Assembly: GCA_041674105.1 (NCBI GenBank)
Contig: JBAYWK010000001.1
Coordinates: 82,190-146,189 of the forward strand
DNA length: 64,000 nt
DNA from: Minisyncoccota bacterium
GTDB taxonomy: Bacteria; Patescibacteriota; Minisyncoccia; Phycocordibacterales; DATDWN01
Direction of reading: 5' to 3'
A program made the translations under genes and the position numbers. Position 1 is the first letter of the stretch, and every line of letters starts with the position of its first letter. Shown piece after piece: positions 38,979 through 48,225 of the stretch. The notes beneath the pieces were generated by a model. It was not told where the DNA came from. It made no database searches and saw nothing but the letters and a program-made list of their open reading frames with translations.

Positions 38979-39551
38979 ATGTTGATACCTACAGTAATAG
39001 AAAAATCACAATTTGGGGAGAGAGCATATGACATATTCTCTCGCCTACTTCGTGAAAATATAATTTTCCTAGATGGACCAATAGACGACCACACAGCAAA
39101 CCTAGTAATAGCTCAGCTTTTATTCCTACAATCAGAAGATCCTAAAAAAGATATTTCTTTTTATGTAAACTCTCCAGGAGGATCTGTTTCTGCTGGACTA
39201 GCTATAGTAGACACAATGAACCACATAAAAAATGATGTTTCTACTGTTTGTGTAGGAATTGCTGCTTCTATGGGAGCTATCATACTTTCTGCTGGTAAAA
39301 AAGGAAAAAGGTTTGCGTTGCCAAATGCTGAAGTAATGATCCACCAACCTCTACTTAGGGGTCTTGAGGGACAAGCTTCAGATATTGAGATATCTGCTAG
39401 AAATATAATAAAAACTAGAGAAAATTTATACAAAATGCTCTCAAAAAATACAGGTCAGACTCTTTCAAAAATAGAAAAAGATGCAGACAGAGACTTCTTT
39501 ATGTCAGCCGAAGAATCCAAAAAATACGGAATTATAGACAAGATACTTTAG
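38979..39551 (+). CDS. clpP: ATP-dependent Clp protease proteolytic subunit.
   Basis: …[18 protein letters not shown]…[13 protein letters not shown]…[10 protein letters not shown]… carries the Ser-His-Asp triad context. Confidence 0.95.
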   Translation: MLIPTVIEKSQFGERAYDIFSRLLRENIIFLDGPIDDHTANLVIAQLLFLQSEDPKKDISFYVNSPGGSVSAGLAIVDTMNHIKNDVSTVCVGIAASMGAIILSAGKKGKRFALPNAEVMIHQPLLRGLEGQASDIEISARNIIKTRENLYKMLSKNTGQTLSKIEKDADRDFFMSAEESKKYGIIDKIL

Positions 39552-39728
39552 TTGTAGTATAGTCTAAGTATTATTGATTTTAATTTTATAACTGACAGTT
39601 TTAGTTTTTACCGATATTACCGACCAATCTAGAAACCACCGTAAGACAGAAACAAACCAAGATTCAATTTTTGATATAAACCGATAAGTTTTTAGACAAA
39701 ATCCGAAACGGGCAGTTATTACGAACAT

Positions 39729-41258
39729 ATGTCATTAAATATAGTAATGCTCTTTGTGGGTATTGCGATAGCAGCCGGTATTATACTAGGATATTATCTC
39801 CGTATACTTATCTCTCTGTCTCGCAAAGGCTCAATGGAGCTTAGGATAAAACAGATGGAGCTCCTTGCTAAAGACAAAGAGCAGACCATCATAGAAGAAG
39901 CTGAGAAGAAAGCCGAGGAAATAATAAAAGAGGCTAGAGGCGAAATAAAAGAAAAAGAGGAAAAGAATAAGAAAACAGAAGAAAGACTCATCAAAAAAGA
40001 GGAGCTTTTAGACCATAGACAAACAGATATAGACAAAGAGGTTGATGAAATAAAAAAGAGAATAGAAGAAATAAAAACCATTAGAGAGCATGCTGATAAA
40101 CTAGAAAAACAAAAACAAGAAGAACTACATAAGATTGGAAAACTGTCATCTGAAGAAGCCAAAGAAGAAATCTTTAAAATAGTGGAAAAGGAATCCGAGG
40201 AAAATATTATGACCAGAATGAAAAAACTGGAACTTTTGGGAGAAGAAACTTTGGAGCAAAAAGCTAAATCTATACTAGCTACATCTATTCAAAGACTGGC
40301 AAACTCTGTAACTTCAGATATGATGACTTCCCATGTTGCAATAGCTAGTGATGAGATAAAAGGTAAGGTTATAGGAAAAGAAGGTAGAAATATAAAAGCT
40401 TTTGAGAGAGCCACTGGTGTAGAGGTTATTGTAGACGATACACCCGGATCTATTACAATTTCATCTTTTGACCCTGTCCGTAGACAAATAGCTAAAGTAG
40501 CTCTAGAAAAACTCATCGCCGACGGTAGAATACAACCAGCTAAAATAGAAGAGATTGTTCAAAAAGCAGAAGACGATATAAACAAAATTATAAAAGAAAA
40601 AGGAGAACAAGCCGTCTATGAGACTGGTGTTTTGGGTCTAGACCCAAAAATAGTTTCTATTTTGGGAAGACTTCATTTTAGGACAAGCTACGGACAAAAC
40701 GTCTTGGCCCACTCTATAGAAATGAGTCACTTAGCCGGAATGATAGCTGAAGAGATTGGTGCAAATGTTATGGTGGCAAAAGCTGGAGCCCTAGTCCACG
40801 ATATAGGAAAAGCTGTTGACCATGAGGTTTCCGGTACTCATGTAGAAATTGGAAGAAGGATCCTCCAAAAATTTGGTGCAGATGAAGCTATTATAAAAGC
40901 AATGCAATCTCACCACGAAGAATACCCTTATGAAACAATAGAATCTATTATTGTTCAGACTGCCGACGCTATATCTGGAGGCCGTCCAGGAGCTAGAAGA
41001 GACAGTATAGAAAACTACCTAAAAAGATTATCCGACTTAGAAGCCGTAGCTAGCTCGTTTTCAGGTGTAGAAAAAGCTTATGCTCTACAAGCAGGTAGAG
41101 AAATAAGGATATTTGTTAACCCAGGAGAGATTTCTGATCTTGAATCAAAGAAAATGGCCAGAGATATTGCTATCAGAATTGAAAAAGAACTAAAATATCC
41201 GGGTGAAATAAAAGTCTTGGTTATCAGAGAATCTAGAATCATAGAATTTGCACGATAA
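39729..41258 (+). CDS. rny: Ribonuclease Y.
   Basis: An N-terminal TM helix is followed by a coiled coil, a KH domain (GKEGRNIKAFE) and an HD domain (HSIEMSHLAG…VHDIGKA). Confidence 0.9.
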   Translation: MSLNIVMLFVGIAIAAGIILGYYLRILISLSRKGSMELRIKQMELLAKDKEQTIIEEAEKKAEEIIKEARGEIKEKEEKNKKTEERLIKKEELLDHRQTDIDKEVDEIKKRIEEIKTIREHADKLEKQKQEELHKIGKLSSEEAKEEIFKIVEKESEENIMTRMKKLELLGEETLEQKAKSILATSIQRLANSVTSDMMTSHVAIASDEIKGKVIGKEGRNIKAFERATGVEVIVDDTPGSITISSFDPVRRQIAKVALEKLIADGRIQPAKIEEIVQKAEDDINKIIKEKGEQAVYETGVLGLDPKIVSILGRLHFRTSYGQNVLAHSIEMSHLAGMIAEEIGANVMVAKAGALVHDIGKAVDHEVSGTHVEIGRRILQKFGADEAIIKAMQSHHEEYPYETIESIIVQTADAISGGRPGARRDSIENYLKRLSDLEAVASSFSGVEKAYALQAGREIRIFVNPGEISDLESKKMARDIAIRIEKELKYPGEIKVLVIRESRIIEFAR

Positions 41259-41370
41259 AAGATACAACTAGTCAATATATTGCTTTAAAGAACCCTTGGT
41301 ATATAATACTTTAATAGTAGATAGTTATTAGTCGATGGGTTATTAATCAATTTTTAAAACAATTTTCACC

Positions 41371-41643
41371 ATGAATAAAGCATCAATTGTAGAAGCGGTC
41401 CACGCAAAACTTGGAGGAACAAAAGTTTCTGCAGAAGAAGTAGTAGATTTAGTTATAGATTCTATTATTTCTACCCTTAAAAAAGGAGGAGAAGTTTCAA
41501 TTGCAGGACTTGGTATATTTTCAACAAAACTAAGAGCCGCAAGACAAGCTAGAAACCCTAGAACAGGTGAGACTATTTCAGTCCCATCTATGAAGGTTCC
41601 AAAATTTAGAGCAGCTAAAGGTCTAAAAGATGCTGTAAAATAA
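41371..41643 (+). CDS. hup: DNA-binding protein HU.
   Basis: MNKASIVEAVHAKLG…GFGTF…RNPRTGE… is conserved HU. Confidence 0.9.
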   Translation: MNKASIVEAVHAKLGGTKVSAEEVVDLVIDSIISTLKKGGEVSIAGLGIFSTKLRAARQARNPRTGETISVPSMKVPKFRAAKGLKDAVK

Positions 41644-41677
41644 GAATTTTAGACATTTGAGTACAAACAACTTAAAA

Positions 41678-41702
41678 ACCCCGATAGGGGTTTTTAAGTT
41701 GG
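41678..41702. terminator. Intrinsic terminator after hup.
   Basis: aaaaaccccgataggggttttt. Confidence 0.7.
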
Positions 41703-41721
41703 GTAGAGTTTTTAATATAAC

Positions 41722-42204
41722 TTAAAATTTATTTATCTCTTCTTTAGTAAGATTAATTGTGATTGGTGTAGTTTTTTTATTTATTCCTTCCATATTCTTA
41801 CATGTCACGATAACTATAAGAGCACCAAATGAAATTATTACAAGAGAACTAAGTGTTTTGTACTGTACATCTTTATCTTTAATCACTTCCCAAATAGATA
41901 GTACACCCAACAAAGCAAGAATCGAAACAGAAACTATCAGTAAAAAAACTGTTACTTTACGAATTTCGGTCCATACAGGACTGGGTTTTTCTTCAATATC
42001 ACTACTGTTTTTATAACTATTGATAATATGGTCACCTGCCGCTATGATTATCATTGACACAATAGCAAGTAAACCTAATGTTTTAAATGATTTCCATATT
42101 ACATCTTCACCAAATACATCCCAAACTCCCATAATTGATATTAATGATAAAACTGCTACTGCAAATATAAAGAAGTAGGCAGACGCACTTTTTATTGATT
42201 TCAT
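41722..42204 (-). CDS. Hypothetical membrane protein with 4-5 TM segments.
   Basis: Hydrophobic segments are present; no family was recognised. Confidence 0.45.
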   Translation of the reverse strand: MKSIKSASAYFFIFAVAVLSLISIMGVWDVFGEDVIWKSFKTLGLLAIVSMIIIAAGDHIINSYKNSSDIEEKPSPVWTEIRKVTVFLLIVSVSILALLGVLSIWEVIKDKDVQYKTLSSLVIISFGALIVIVTCKNMEGINKKTTPITINLTKEEINKF

Positions 42205-42246
42205 GGGTTTATTATAAACAACTATATTTATAAAGTCTATTGGTCG

Positions 42247-42867
42247 TTATCCACTTGATTTAGGGTGCGACTTAGAGAGGATGTTAGAACTGTATTTTTG
42301 AACAATTACAAAAGTTGTAAAATTTTGAGTGTCGTCTTGTAAATTTTTAGCCATAATTTCTAGTCCGTAATTTTCTGCTAATATTTCTGGGCCAATGACA
42401 GCTATGTCGTCTCCCAGCTTATCTTTTGATAGCTCCTCCGCAATTTTTGCATGATCAATCATCTCACCTGTTCCTATTATTTTTTCTAAGTCTGGAAATA
42501 ATTTTTGAATATTTAATTTACACTGTTTAAATCCTTGAGGATGAGCCATTATCTTTTTAATATCACTGTTTCCAGCTTTCTTTTTTCTCATGAGAAAATG
42601 AGCGATGGGAAATCTATACCAATCAGTAATTTCAAATTTATATTTACCAAGTTCTGCCGCTGTTTCTTCCACCAACCCACCTAAAGTATTATAAATTCCA
42701 AACTGTCCTAAATCTATCTCCCTATTTTCAAGAGATGATAAGACATTTTTGGTTGTATGTAAAAACTGAATTTCAAAATCATTTAGATTGTGTTCATTTG
42801 CATATTTAAGCCAACCTTGATGGTTAAAACTACCTTTCCCTCCCTGTATACCAACTTTTTTATTCAT
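42247..42867 (-). CDS. Prephenate dehydratase (PDT) domain protein without an ACT domain.
   Basis: …MAHPQGFKQCKLNIQKLFP… and AVIGPEILAENYGLEIMAKNLQDDTQNFTTFVIV match PDT motifs. Confidence 0.6.
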   Translation of the reverse strand: MNKKVGIQGGKGSFNHQGWLKYANEHNLNDFEIQFLHTTKNVLSSLENREIDLGQFGIYNTLGGLVEETAAELGKYKFEITDWYRFPIAHFLMRKKKAGNSDIKKIMAHPQGFKQCKLNIQKLFPDLEKIIGTGEMIDHAKIAEELSKDKLGDDIAVIGPEILAENYGLEIMAKNLQDDTQNFTTFVIVQKYSSNILSKSHPKSSG

Positions 42868-42978
42868 ACTAAAATCTTACCATGGTTCTTAGATCCCGTC
42901 CGGATAAAAATAAAGTTATAATTATGACTCTATCTTTTTCGATGCGTGAGATATTGAATGAAATTGGAACCGAGTCTA

Positions 42979-43596
42979 TTAATGTAACCTGTCAACCTCC
43001 CAAACCCTGCCAAAAATACTCCATCGTTCTAATATTTCTTTTTTACTTAATTTCATAAAATATCTATTATCTTCAGTCATCCTTTCATAATTTAAATGAG
43101 GAACCTTGTGAGTATCAAAAACATACAGATTATCTTCGTCATATCCATACACAAACATCACGTGATCCAATAAGCCAAAAAATCCTAGGGATATGTCTAT
43201 TCCTGTAGCAGATCCATTTTCAATATTATGTTCAATTATTTTGATAGCATTATCGTAAGTCATCCTAGAAAACAATATGGATTCAAAAAAATCAAAAAAA
43301 TCATTTATCATGTGACTATTTATCTTCAGAACTAGATCATTTTCTTTTAAAAACCCAGGAAGCTTATAGAATTGTAACTGAGTCCACGCTAAAAATGCCG
43401 GCAAAGAAAAACCAAACGAATTAGATCTTTCTATTTCCACTATACTGCAATCTATAGGGTTAAATTTTCTAGGTAGATAGTAATTAAGAGCGTAATACAT
43501 AAAATCTCTACCGCATTTATTTTTAACAGTAGCACCATTGATTTTTTCTCTTTGGACAAAACCAGTACTATTTATTTCAACAGGTAAAGAAATCAT
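42979..43596 (-). CDS. Papain-fold (C39-like / BtrH-like) cysteine peptidase domain hypothetical protein.
   Basis: Cys (KCGRDFMYYALNYY), His (LDHVMFVYGYDED) and Asp are spaced as in Peptidase_C39-like domains. The assignment is tentative. Confidence 0.35.
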   Translation of the reverse strand: MISLPVEINSTGFVQREKINGATVKNKCGRDFMYYALNYYLPRKFNPIDCSIVEIERSNSFGFSLPAFLAWTQLQFYKLPGFLKENDLVLKINSHMINDFFDFFESILFSRMTYDNAIKIIEHNIENGSATGIDISLGFFGLLDHVMFVYGYDEDNLYVFDTHKVPHLNYERMTEDNRYFMKLSKKEILERWSIFGRVWEVDRLH

Positions 43597-43637
43597 TATT
43601 AAATTATATCAAAAACAGATTCTAACTAGTACGTTTT

Positions 43638-43657
43638 TGTGCGGGTAGGGAGAATCG
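43638..43657. repeat. 20-bp direct duplicate of the 3' end of tRNA-Gly (att-like core).
   Basis: tgtgcgggtagggagaatcg is identical to the 3' terminus of the tRNA-Gly genes at 43826 and 48155. It lies 168 bp from the intact tRNA-Gly(UCC). Confidence 0.75.
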
Positions 43658-43825
43658 GTCAGGAATAATTTTGATTCCGTCGAATCAAAATTTTCACGAC
43701 CCTGACTCGCGACCCATCGTGCTCGATGGGTACCCCGCTCCGTCTTTCGATTCTCTACGCAAAGCCATACTATGGCTTTGCTCTAACCGCATAAGCGAAA
43801 AGCGCCCTAAGGTGCCTTTCGTCTG

Positions 43826-43896
43826 TGCGGGTAGGGAGAATCGAACTCCCGTATACTGCTTGGAAGGCAGTCATTCTACCACTAAACTATACCCGC
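43826..43896 (-). tRNA. tRNA-Gly (anticodon UCC).
   Basis: A 71-nt cloverleaf GCGGGUAUAGUUUAGUGGUAGAAUGACUGCCUUCCAAGCAGUAUACGGGAGUUCGAUUCUCCCUACCCGCA has a 7-bp acceptor and the T-loop GUUCGAUUC. Confidence 0.85.
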
Positions 43897-43945
43897 AAAT
43901 TTAAAACATAGTTAATATATCAAAAAAAACCGTCCTCTGCAATTT

Positions 43946-44130
43946 AGAGCCTATCTCCAATCTCGCATCAGAATAAAATGCCAAAATTTTCAGGCAAAAA
44001 TCAAACTGGAAGCCGAAGTGTATTGATATACAATAAGGATGAAGTGAAGGTTTTTGACGGAAATTTTGCTATTTTAACTAATGAGCTATATTCTTAGCTC
44101 TTTTTTGTGTCGAGATTGGAGATAGGCTCT
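43946..44130. repeat. 20-bp perfect inverted repeat pair enclosing about 145 bp that contain a 39-codon ORF and a hairpin terminator.
   Basis: agagcctatctccaatctcg (43946-43965) pairs with cgagattggagataggctct (44111-44130). The inner ORF at 43978..44097 encodes MPKFSGKNQTGSRSVLIYNKDEVKVFDGNFAILTNELYS. The hairpin gagctatattcttagctc is followed by a T-run. Confidence 0.6.
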
Positions 44131-44150
44131 ATGATGATATAATACTAAAT

Positions 44151-45302
44151 ATGTTAACTAATCTTATAAAAATTAGTTTATTTTTTTCTCTAGCTATACT
44201 TGTATGGTTTATATATCCTAGAGAAGTAAATAAAAACCTACCTGTAGTAGGAGAAGAATTGAAGATAGAATTCCCCGAAGAAACCTTTGATACAGACACA
44301 GTTTTAGAAGAAAAAGTTAAAACTGAAAACCAAACAAAAGAAGAAAATAAAGCTAAACCTACTGTAGAAAAAATTGAAGTAGTGTCGAAAAAAACTTCGT
44401 CAGATAACCAAAATCCAGTAAACTCAGAACAACCAAAAAATACCAACTCAACAAAAGAGTCGGGAGATTTTGTAGAATTGAATGAGAAATCCAGAAAATC
44501 AATCGTAAATATCTTGTGTAAAACAAATGGAAATGACCTTTCTACTATTACAGGCACAGGAGTTATCATAGATCCTCGTGGAATAATCCTTACAAATGCT
44601 CATATAGGACAATACTTCCTTTTGAAAGATTTTAAATTCAAAAACTTTGTAGAATGTACTATTCGCACAGGAGAACCTGCTTATCCAAAATACGAAGCTG
44701 AGCTAGTATATATTTCTCCAGAATGGGTAGAGGCAAACAAATCAATACTAACGGAAGAAAATCCTAAAGGCACAGGCGAATATGATTTTGCTTTTCTTAG
44801 AATAACCAAGGCTATAGATGGAACCGTACTACCTTCATTTGATTATATAAAACCTGACACAAGAGAAATAATAGATGAAGGAGAACCTGTCTTACTAGCC
44901 TCCTACCCTGCCGGATTCCTTGGAAGTATTTCTGTTATCCAAGGACTATACATAACCAGTGCAGTCACAACTGTTCAAAAAATATTTACATTTAAAGAGA
45001 CAACTATTGATTTACTTTCAGTTGGAGGAACTGTTTTGTCACAAAAAGGATCTTCAGGTGGAGCCGTAATAGACCGATACGGTAAACTTATTGGTCTAAT
45101 TTCTACAAGTTCAGATGGAGACACCACAAGTGAAAGAGACCTACGAGCTATCACAATGACTCATATAAACAGAAGTTTAAAAGAGTCTTTTGGTGGTTTA
45201 AACTCTTTCCTTGGTCTAAATATGGAAACTACAGCAGACATTTTCAAAAAAACACTCTTCCCTTCCCTTTCACAACTTATAATAAATGAATTGAAAAAAT
45301 AA
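44151..45302 (+). CDS. Trypsin-like (S1/HtrA-like) secreted serine protease without PDZ domains.
   Basis: A signal anchor is followed by His (ILTNAHI), Asp (DFAFLRI) and Ser (GSSGGAV) catalytic motifs. Confidence 0.75.
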   Translation: MLTNLIKISLFFSLAILVWFIYPREVNKNLPVVGEELKIEFPEETFDTDTVLEEKVKTENQTKEENKAKPTVEKIEVVSKKTSSDNQNPVNSEQPKNTNSTKESGDFVELNEKSRKSIVNILCKTNGNDLSTITGTGVIIDPRGIILTNAHIGQYFLLKDFKFKNFVECTIRTGEPAYPKYEAELVYISPEWVEANKSILTEENPKGTGEYDFAFLRITKAIDGTVLPSFDYIKPDTREIIDEGEPVLLASYPAGFLGSISVIQGLYITSAVTTVQKIFTFKETTIDLLSVGGTVLSQKGSSGGAVIDRYGKLIGLISTSSDGDTTSERDLRAITMTHINRSLKESFGGLNSFLGLNMETTADIFKKTLFPSLSQLIINELKK

Positions 45303-45377
45303 TTAGACTTCTTTAAAAAATAGATAAAATTGTGCTAGTTAGAGAAATTTTTAACGACAGAGATATATGGTAATTGT

Positions 45378-45505
45378 GAAAAACTTAACAGTTTGGATGA
45401 AGTCCTAGGCGGATAAGAAAAATAATTTGAGCCTGCCTTGGATGCGCAGGCTCAAATTATTTTTTGAAATCCAACAACGGAATTCGCCAAACTGTTAAGT
45501 TTTTA
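45378..45505. repeat. Repeat family C, copy 1, a 127-nt element with an 18-bp terminal inverted repeat and an inner 12-bp palindrome.
   Basis: gaaaaacttaacagtttgg…ccaaactgttaagttttt. The inner palindrome is atttgagcctgc-cttggat-gcaggctcaaat. The 3' edge overlaps the stop codon of the minus-strand RNHCP gene. Confidence 0.8.
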
Positions 45506-45811
45506 TTTAAAATTTTTACCATTCTCAGAACTTATCTGAACTATCATCTGAAAATTATCCTCTTTAACAGCCTTATTTGGCTTCTCTAGACCACATTTAG
45601 TGCATTTGTGTATGATTGTGTACTCTTTACCTTTTTTCTCAATTCTGATGGGTTCCATCATACCAAAACAAACAGACTCTCTGTCCCCTGGGTCAATGTC
45701 TACATGTTTAGACCAAAGACAATTTGGACAATGGTTTGTATAACCTGTACCTAAAACCTCGGTTCCGCACTTCTCGCAAACAAAATTTTCTTTTGTACGT
45801 TTGAAAGTCAT
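45503..45811 (-). CDS. RNHCP-domain zinc-ribbon protein.
   Basis: CEKCGTEV…TNHCPNCLWSKHVD…CTKCG. Confidence 0.6.
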   Translation of the reverse strand: MTFKRTKENFVCEKCGTEVLGTGYTNHCPNCLWSKHVDIDPGDRESVCFGMMEPIRIEKKGKEYTIIHKCTKCGLEKPNKAVKEDNFQMIVQISSENGKNFK

Positions 45812-45839
45812 ACTAGTTTTTATATAAATATCAAAAATA

Positions 45840-46946
45840 TTATTCTTTTCTGCTCCACTTCATTTTATCAGAAGCCTTAAACATTTCCGAATCATTCTCA
45901 CCTTCTACAAGTTCATATATTTTAAAAGAATCTGAGTTTACTTCACTTATAATAGAATTATACTCTTCAGGGTCTATATATAGATTGTCCTCAGTGTCTA
46001 TGTATGGATTATAAATATCATCCAAGTATCTTTTCACATAATCTAAGTGGTTTACCCCATAAATAAAAGCTATTTTTCTGTGCCCTCCCATAGATAATTC
46101 TTGAATTGACCTAGCTAATTTTAAATCTCTAGCTCTCTCAGTCATCATACCTTTACGAAAATTAACATTTTCTTCTTCTACTTTTTCCATTGTTGTCTGT
46201 GGAGGAGATTCAGTCAATTTATCAGCTGATACAGCTACGGCAAGCCCTGTTACAGATAAAAACATTCCTTCCAAAAAAGATCTTCGGCTAATTGGTTCTT
46301 TAAAATCTTTAATGAACTTAGCTACTCCAGATAGAGTCAATGCTATAGACCCTGTATACAACCCTAATTTTTTTAAATTTGCTATTTTTTGATCATTTTC
46401 TTCTGCCATTTTAGAAAAGAAATAATCATCTTGTAATATACCTTCGGTATTCTTACTCCATCTTATATCAGCTGTTGCCATCTCCTTTCCATACTTAGCG
46501 GCCAAGAGTTCTACTTCATGATGAAAAACCCCCATATTAGAAACTCTTTCATATTTTAGATACATTTGTCTGAGTTGTTCTAGATTATAATTTTCATTAT
46601 ATTTTGATCTAATTTTTTTTAACTCTTCAATTTGTCCTTTACTATAAACACCTTGAGCTTCTGGAGCAAATTCATTTATGATGATATCACTATTTTTAAT
46701 AGATTCTTCTATTTTATCTCTAAAATAAAGAAATGTTTCTGGTACATGACTTACACCGATAGCCACAATTTCTGTTTCATTAAATTTCCAATTTTCAATT
46801 TTAAAACTAGCTTCAATTTCTTCTTGTGTGTATAGAGGATTTTCTTTAATTTCGTTATCAAACTCAATAGAATGTTGACTTACTTTTTCAAAGATATTTT
46901 CTTTGTTCTCATTACTATCATTAAATTGTTCAAATTTAATTTGCAT
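45840..46946 (-). CDS. TraB/PrgY/GumN (Tiki superfamily) family protein with central TM helices.
   Basis: IVAIGVSHVPETF and GGHRKIAFIYGVNHLDYV resemble the GTxH / GxxH motifs of the TraB family. Confidence 0.5.
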   Translation of the reverse strand: MQIKFEQFNDSNENKENIFEKVSQHSIEFDNEIKENPLYTQEEIEASFKIENWKFNETEIVAIGVSHVPETFLYFRDKIEESIKNSDIIINEFAPEAQGVYSKGQIEELKKIRSKYNENYNLEQLRQMYLKYERVSNMGVFHHEVELLAAKYGKEMATADIRWSKNTEGILQDDYFFSKMAEENDQKIANLKKLGLYTGSIALTLSGVAKFIKDFKEPISRRSFLEGMFLSVTGLAVAVSADKLTESPPQTTMEKVEEENVNFRKGMMTERARDLKLARSIQELSMGGHRKIAFIYGVNHLDYVKRYLDDIYNPYIDTEDNLYIDPEEYNSIISEVNSDSFKIYELVEGENDSEMFKASDKMKWSRKE

Positions 46947-47001
46947 GCTTATATTTTAGCAAATTCCTTCAATTGCGCATTATTTTCTTAATTTTCATCT
47001 T

Positions 47002-47050
47002 GTCGGGGCGCCGAGAATCGAACTCGGGCCACATCCCTTCGGGCCACAGA
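47002..47050 (-). repeat. Partial duplicate of the 3' half of tRNA-Pro (variable region, T-arm and acceptor 3' strand).
   Basis: On the minus strand the sequence is …GUGGCCCGAGUUCGAUUCUCGGCGCCCCGAC. It differs from the intact tRNA-Pro by 1-2 nt. Confidence 0.7.
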
Positions 47051-47084
47051 AACATAATATGTTTCTGGAATTATTTGAAACTAG

Positions 47085-47157
47085 GTCGGGGTGCCGAGAA
47101 TCGAACTCGGGCCGCATGTTCCCAAAACATGAATACTACCTCTATACTACACCCCGA
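47085..47157 (-). tRNA. tRNA-Pro (anticodon UGG).
   Basis: CGGGGUGUAGUAUAGAGGUAGUAUUCAUGUUUUGGGAACAUGCGGCCCGAGUUCGAUUCUCGGCACCCCGA. The anticodon loop is UUUGGGA. Confidence 0.85.
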
Positions 47158-47185
47158 CGCAATTTCAAATAATTCCCCAAAAATG

Positions 47186-47210
47186 CATACTACCTCTATA
47201 CTACACCCCG
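47186..47210 (-). repeat. Partial duplicate of the 5' half of tRNA-Pro (acceptor 5' strand, D-arm and anticodon 5' stem-loop).
   Basis: On the minus strand the sequence is CGGGGUGUAGUAUAGAGGUAGUAUGCAUUUUUGGGG…. Confidence 0.7.
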
Positions 47211-47253
47211 AATATAACAATTAGAAGTCTACCATAAATAATATAAATAACAA

Positions 47254-47664
47254 TTACAAGATAATATCTTCTAACATATCTATATCTAAAAGGTTTTTTT
47301 CTTTATCCAAATAGACAGTAATCACATCAAACTGCCAATCTGTTTCATCTGAAACATCTTTTTCTAGTAAATAAGACTGGATTATTCTACTCAGTCTTTG
47401 TAGTTTCCAAGGATGAATATTGTCTTCAGGCCTATATTCATCCTTATTATTCAAATACCCTATTTCACGGGAAACAGTTTTAACTTCAATAAAATGAATA
47501 ACCTCCCCTTTTTTGACAATAATATCTATCTCTCCCCATTTTTTATAATAGTTTCTTTCTATCACTTTGAAACCTTTGTCCTTTATAAATTTACAAGCAA
47601 GATCCTCTCCTTTTACACCTACAATCTGTCTATCTGTTGGATTTTTAATATCCTTGTTATACAT
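47254..47664 (-). CDS. YraN-family (UPF0102) PD-(D/E)xK endonuclease-like protein.
   Basis: …VGVKGEDLACKFIKDKGFKVIERNYY…GEIDIIVKKGEVIHFIEVKT…. Confidence 0.75.
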   Translation of the reverse strand: MYNKDIKNPTDRQIVGVKGEDLACKFIKDKGFKVIERNYYKKWGEIDIIVKKGEVIHFIEVKTVSREIGYLNNKDEYRPEDNIHPWKLQRLSRIIQSYLLEKDVSDETDWQFDVITVYLDKEKNLLDIDMLEDIIL

Positions 47665-47906
47665 GAAACTATTTGTTTAGGTTTAACTTACCCTAAAGTA
47701 TAGCAAATCAAGCCAGGAATTGGCCATTAAGTTTCATGTATAACACTTTAGAGTTTTCACGTGAAACACTTATGTATTTCATTAAAAAAGGACACTAAGA
47801 AAGGCTGTCTGTTTTTGATAAAGCTATATTCAAAGCCATATAATGTTTAATAGACTTAGCGCTTCTCTTATAAGTCTTAAAACTCAAGATCTTGTCCTTA
47901 ATACAC

Positions 47907-47927
47907 ATTTCCACAGGGTTATCCACA
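47907..47927 (+). promoter_or_regulatory. Tandem DnaA-box-like sites (TTTCCACA next to a perfect TTATCCACA) in a 450-bp AT-rich non-coding region.
   Basis: acacatttccacagggTTATCCACAtatatatgg. Other perfect TTATCCACA sites lie at 6904-6912, 50363-50371 and 62968-62976, all intergenic. Confidence 0.35.
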
Positions 47928-48154
47928 TATATATGGTAATATGTTGCATAATACTAGTTCTCGAGATTACGAGATTTGACTAAAACAAAGGTTTTTTTAA
48001 AGAGATTAGGAAATAAGAGATAAATTATAATATAAGATTATAAAGGACATTTGAGTAAGGAGAACCGAAGCTAAGATAATTTCCTCGACGTCTAAGGGAG
48101 AATGAGTCACAAAAGTATAGTCTTAAAATGATTCGCGTTTTAATCCTTATTTTG

Positions 48155-48225
48155 TGCGGGTAGGGAGAATCGAACTCCCGTCTCATCCTTGGCAAGGATG
48201 TGTTCTACCACTAAACCATACCCGC
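48155..48225 (-). tRNA. tRNA-Gly (anticodon GCC).
   Basis: GCGGGUAUGGUUUAGUGGUAGAACACAUCCUUGCCAAGGAUGAGACGGGAGUUCGAUUCUCCCUACCCGCA. Confidence 0.85.

Noticed and set aside
43671-43904. 77-aa plus-strand ORF overlapping tRNA-Gly and the att-like repeat.
   Set aside because: It overlaps a tRNA gene on the opposite strand and its translation is Pro/Arg-rich, which is a GC-island artefact.
46973-47224. 83-aa plus-strand ORF over the tRNA-Pro locus.
   Set aside because: It is entirely composed of tRNA and tRNA-fragment sequence.
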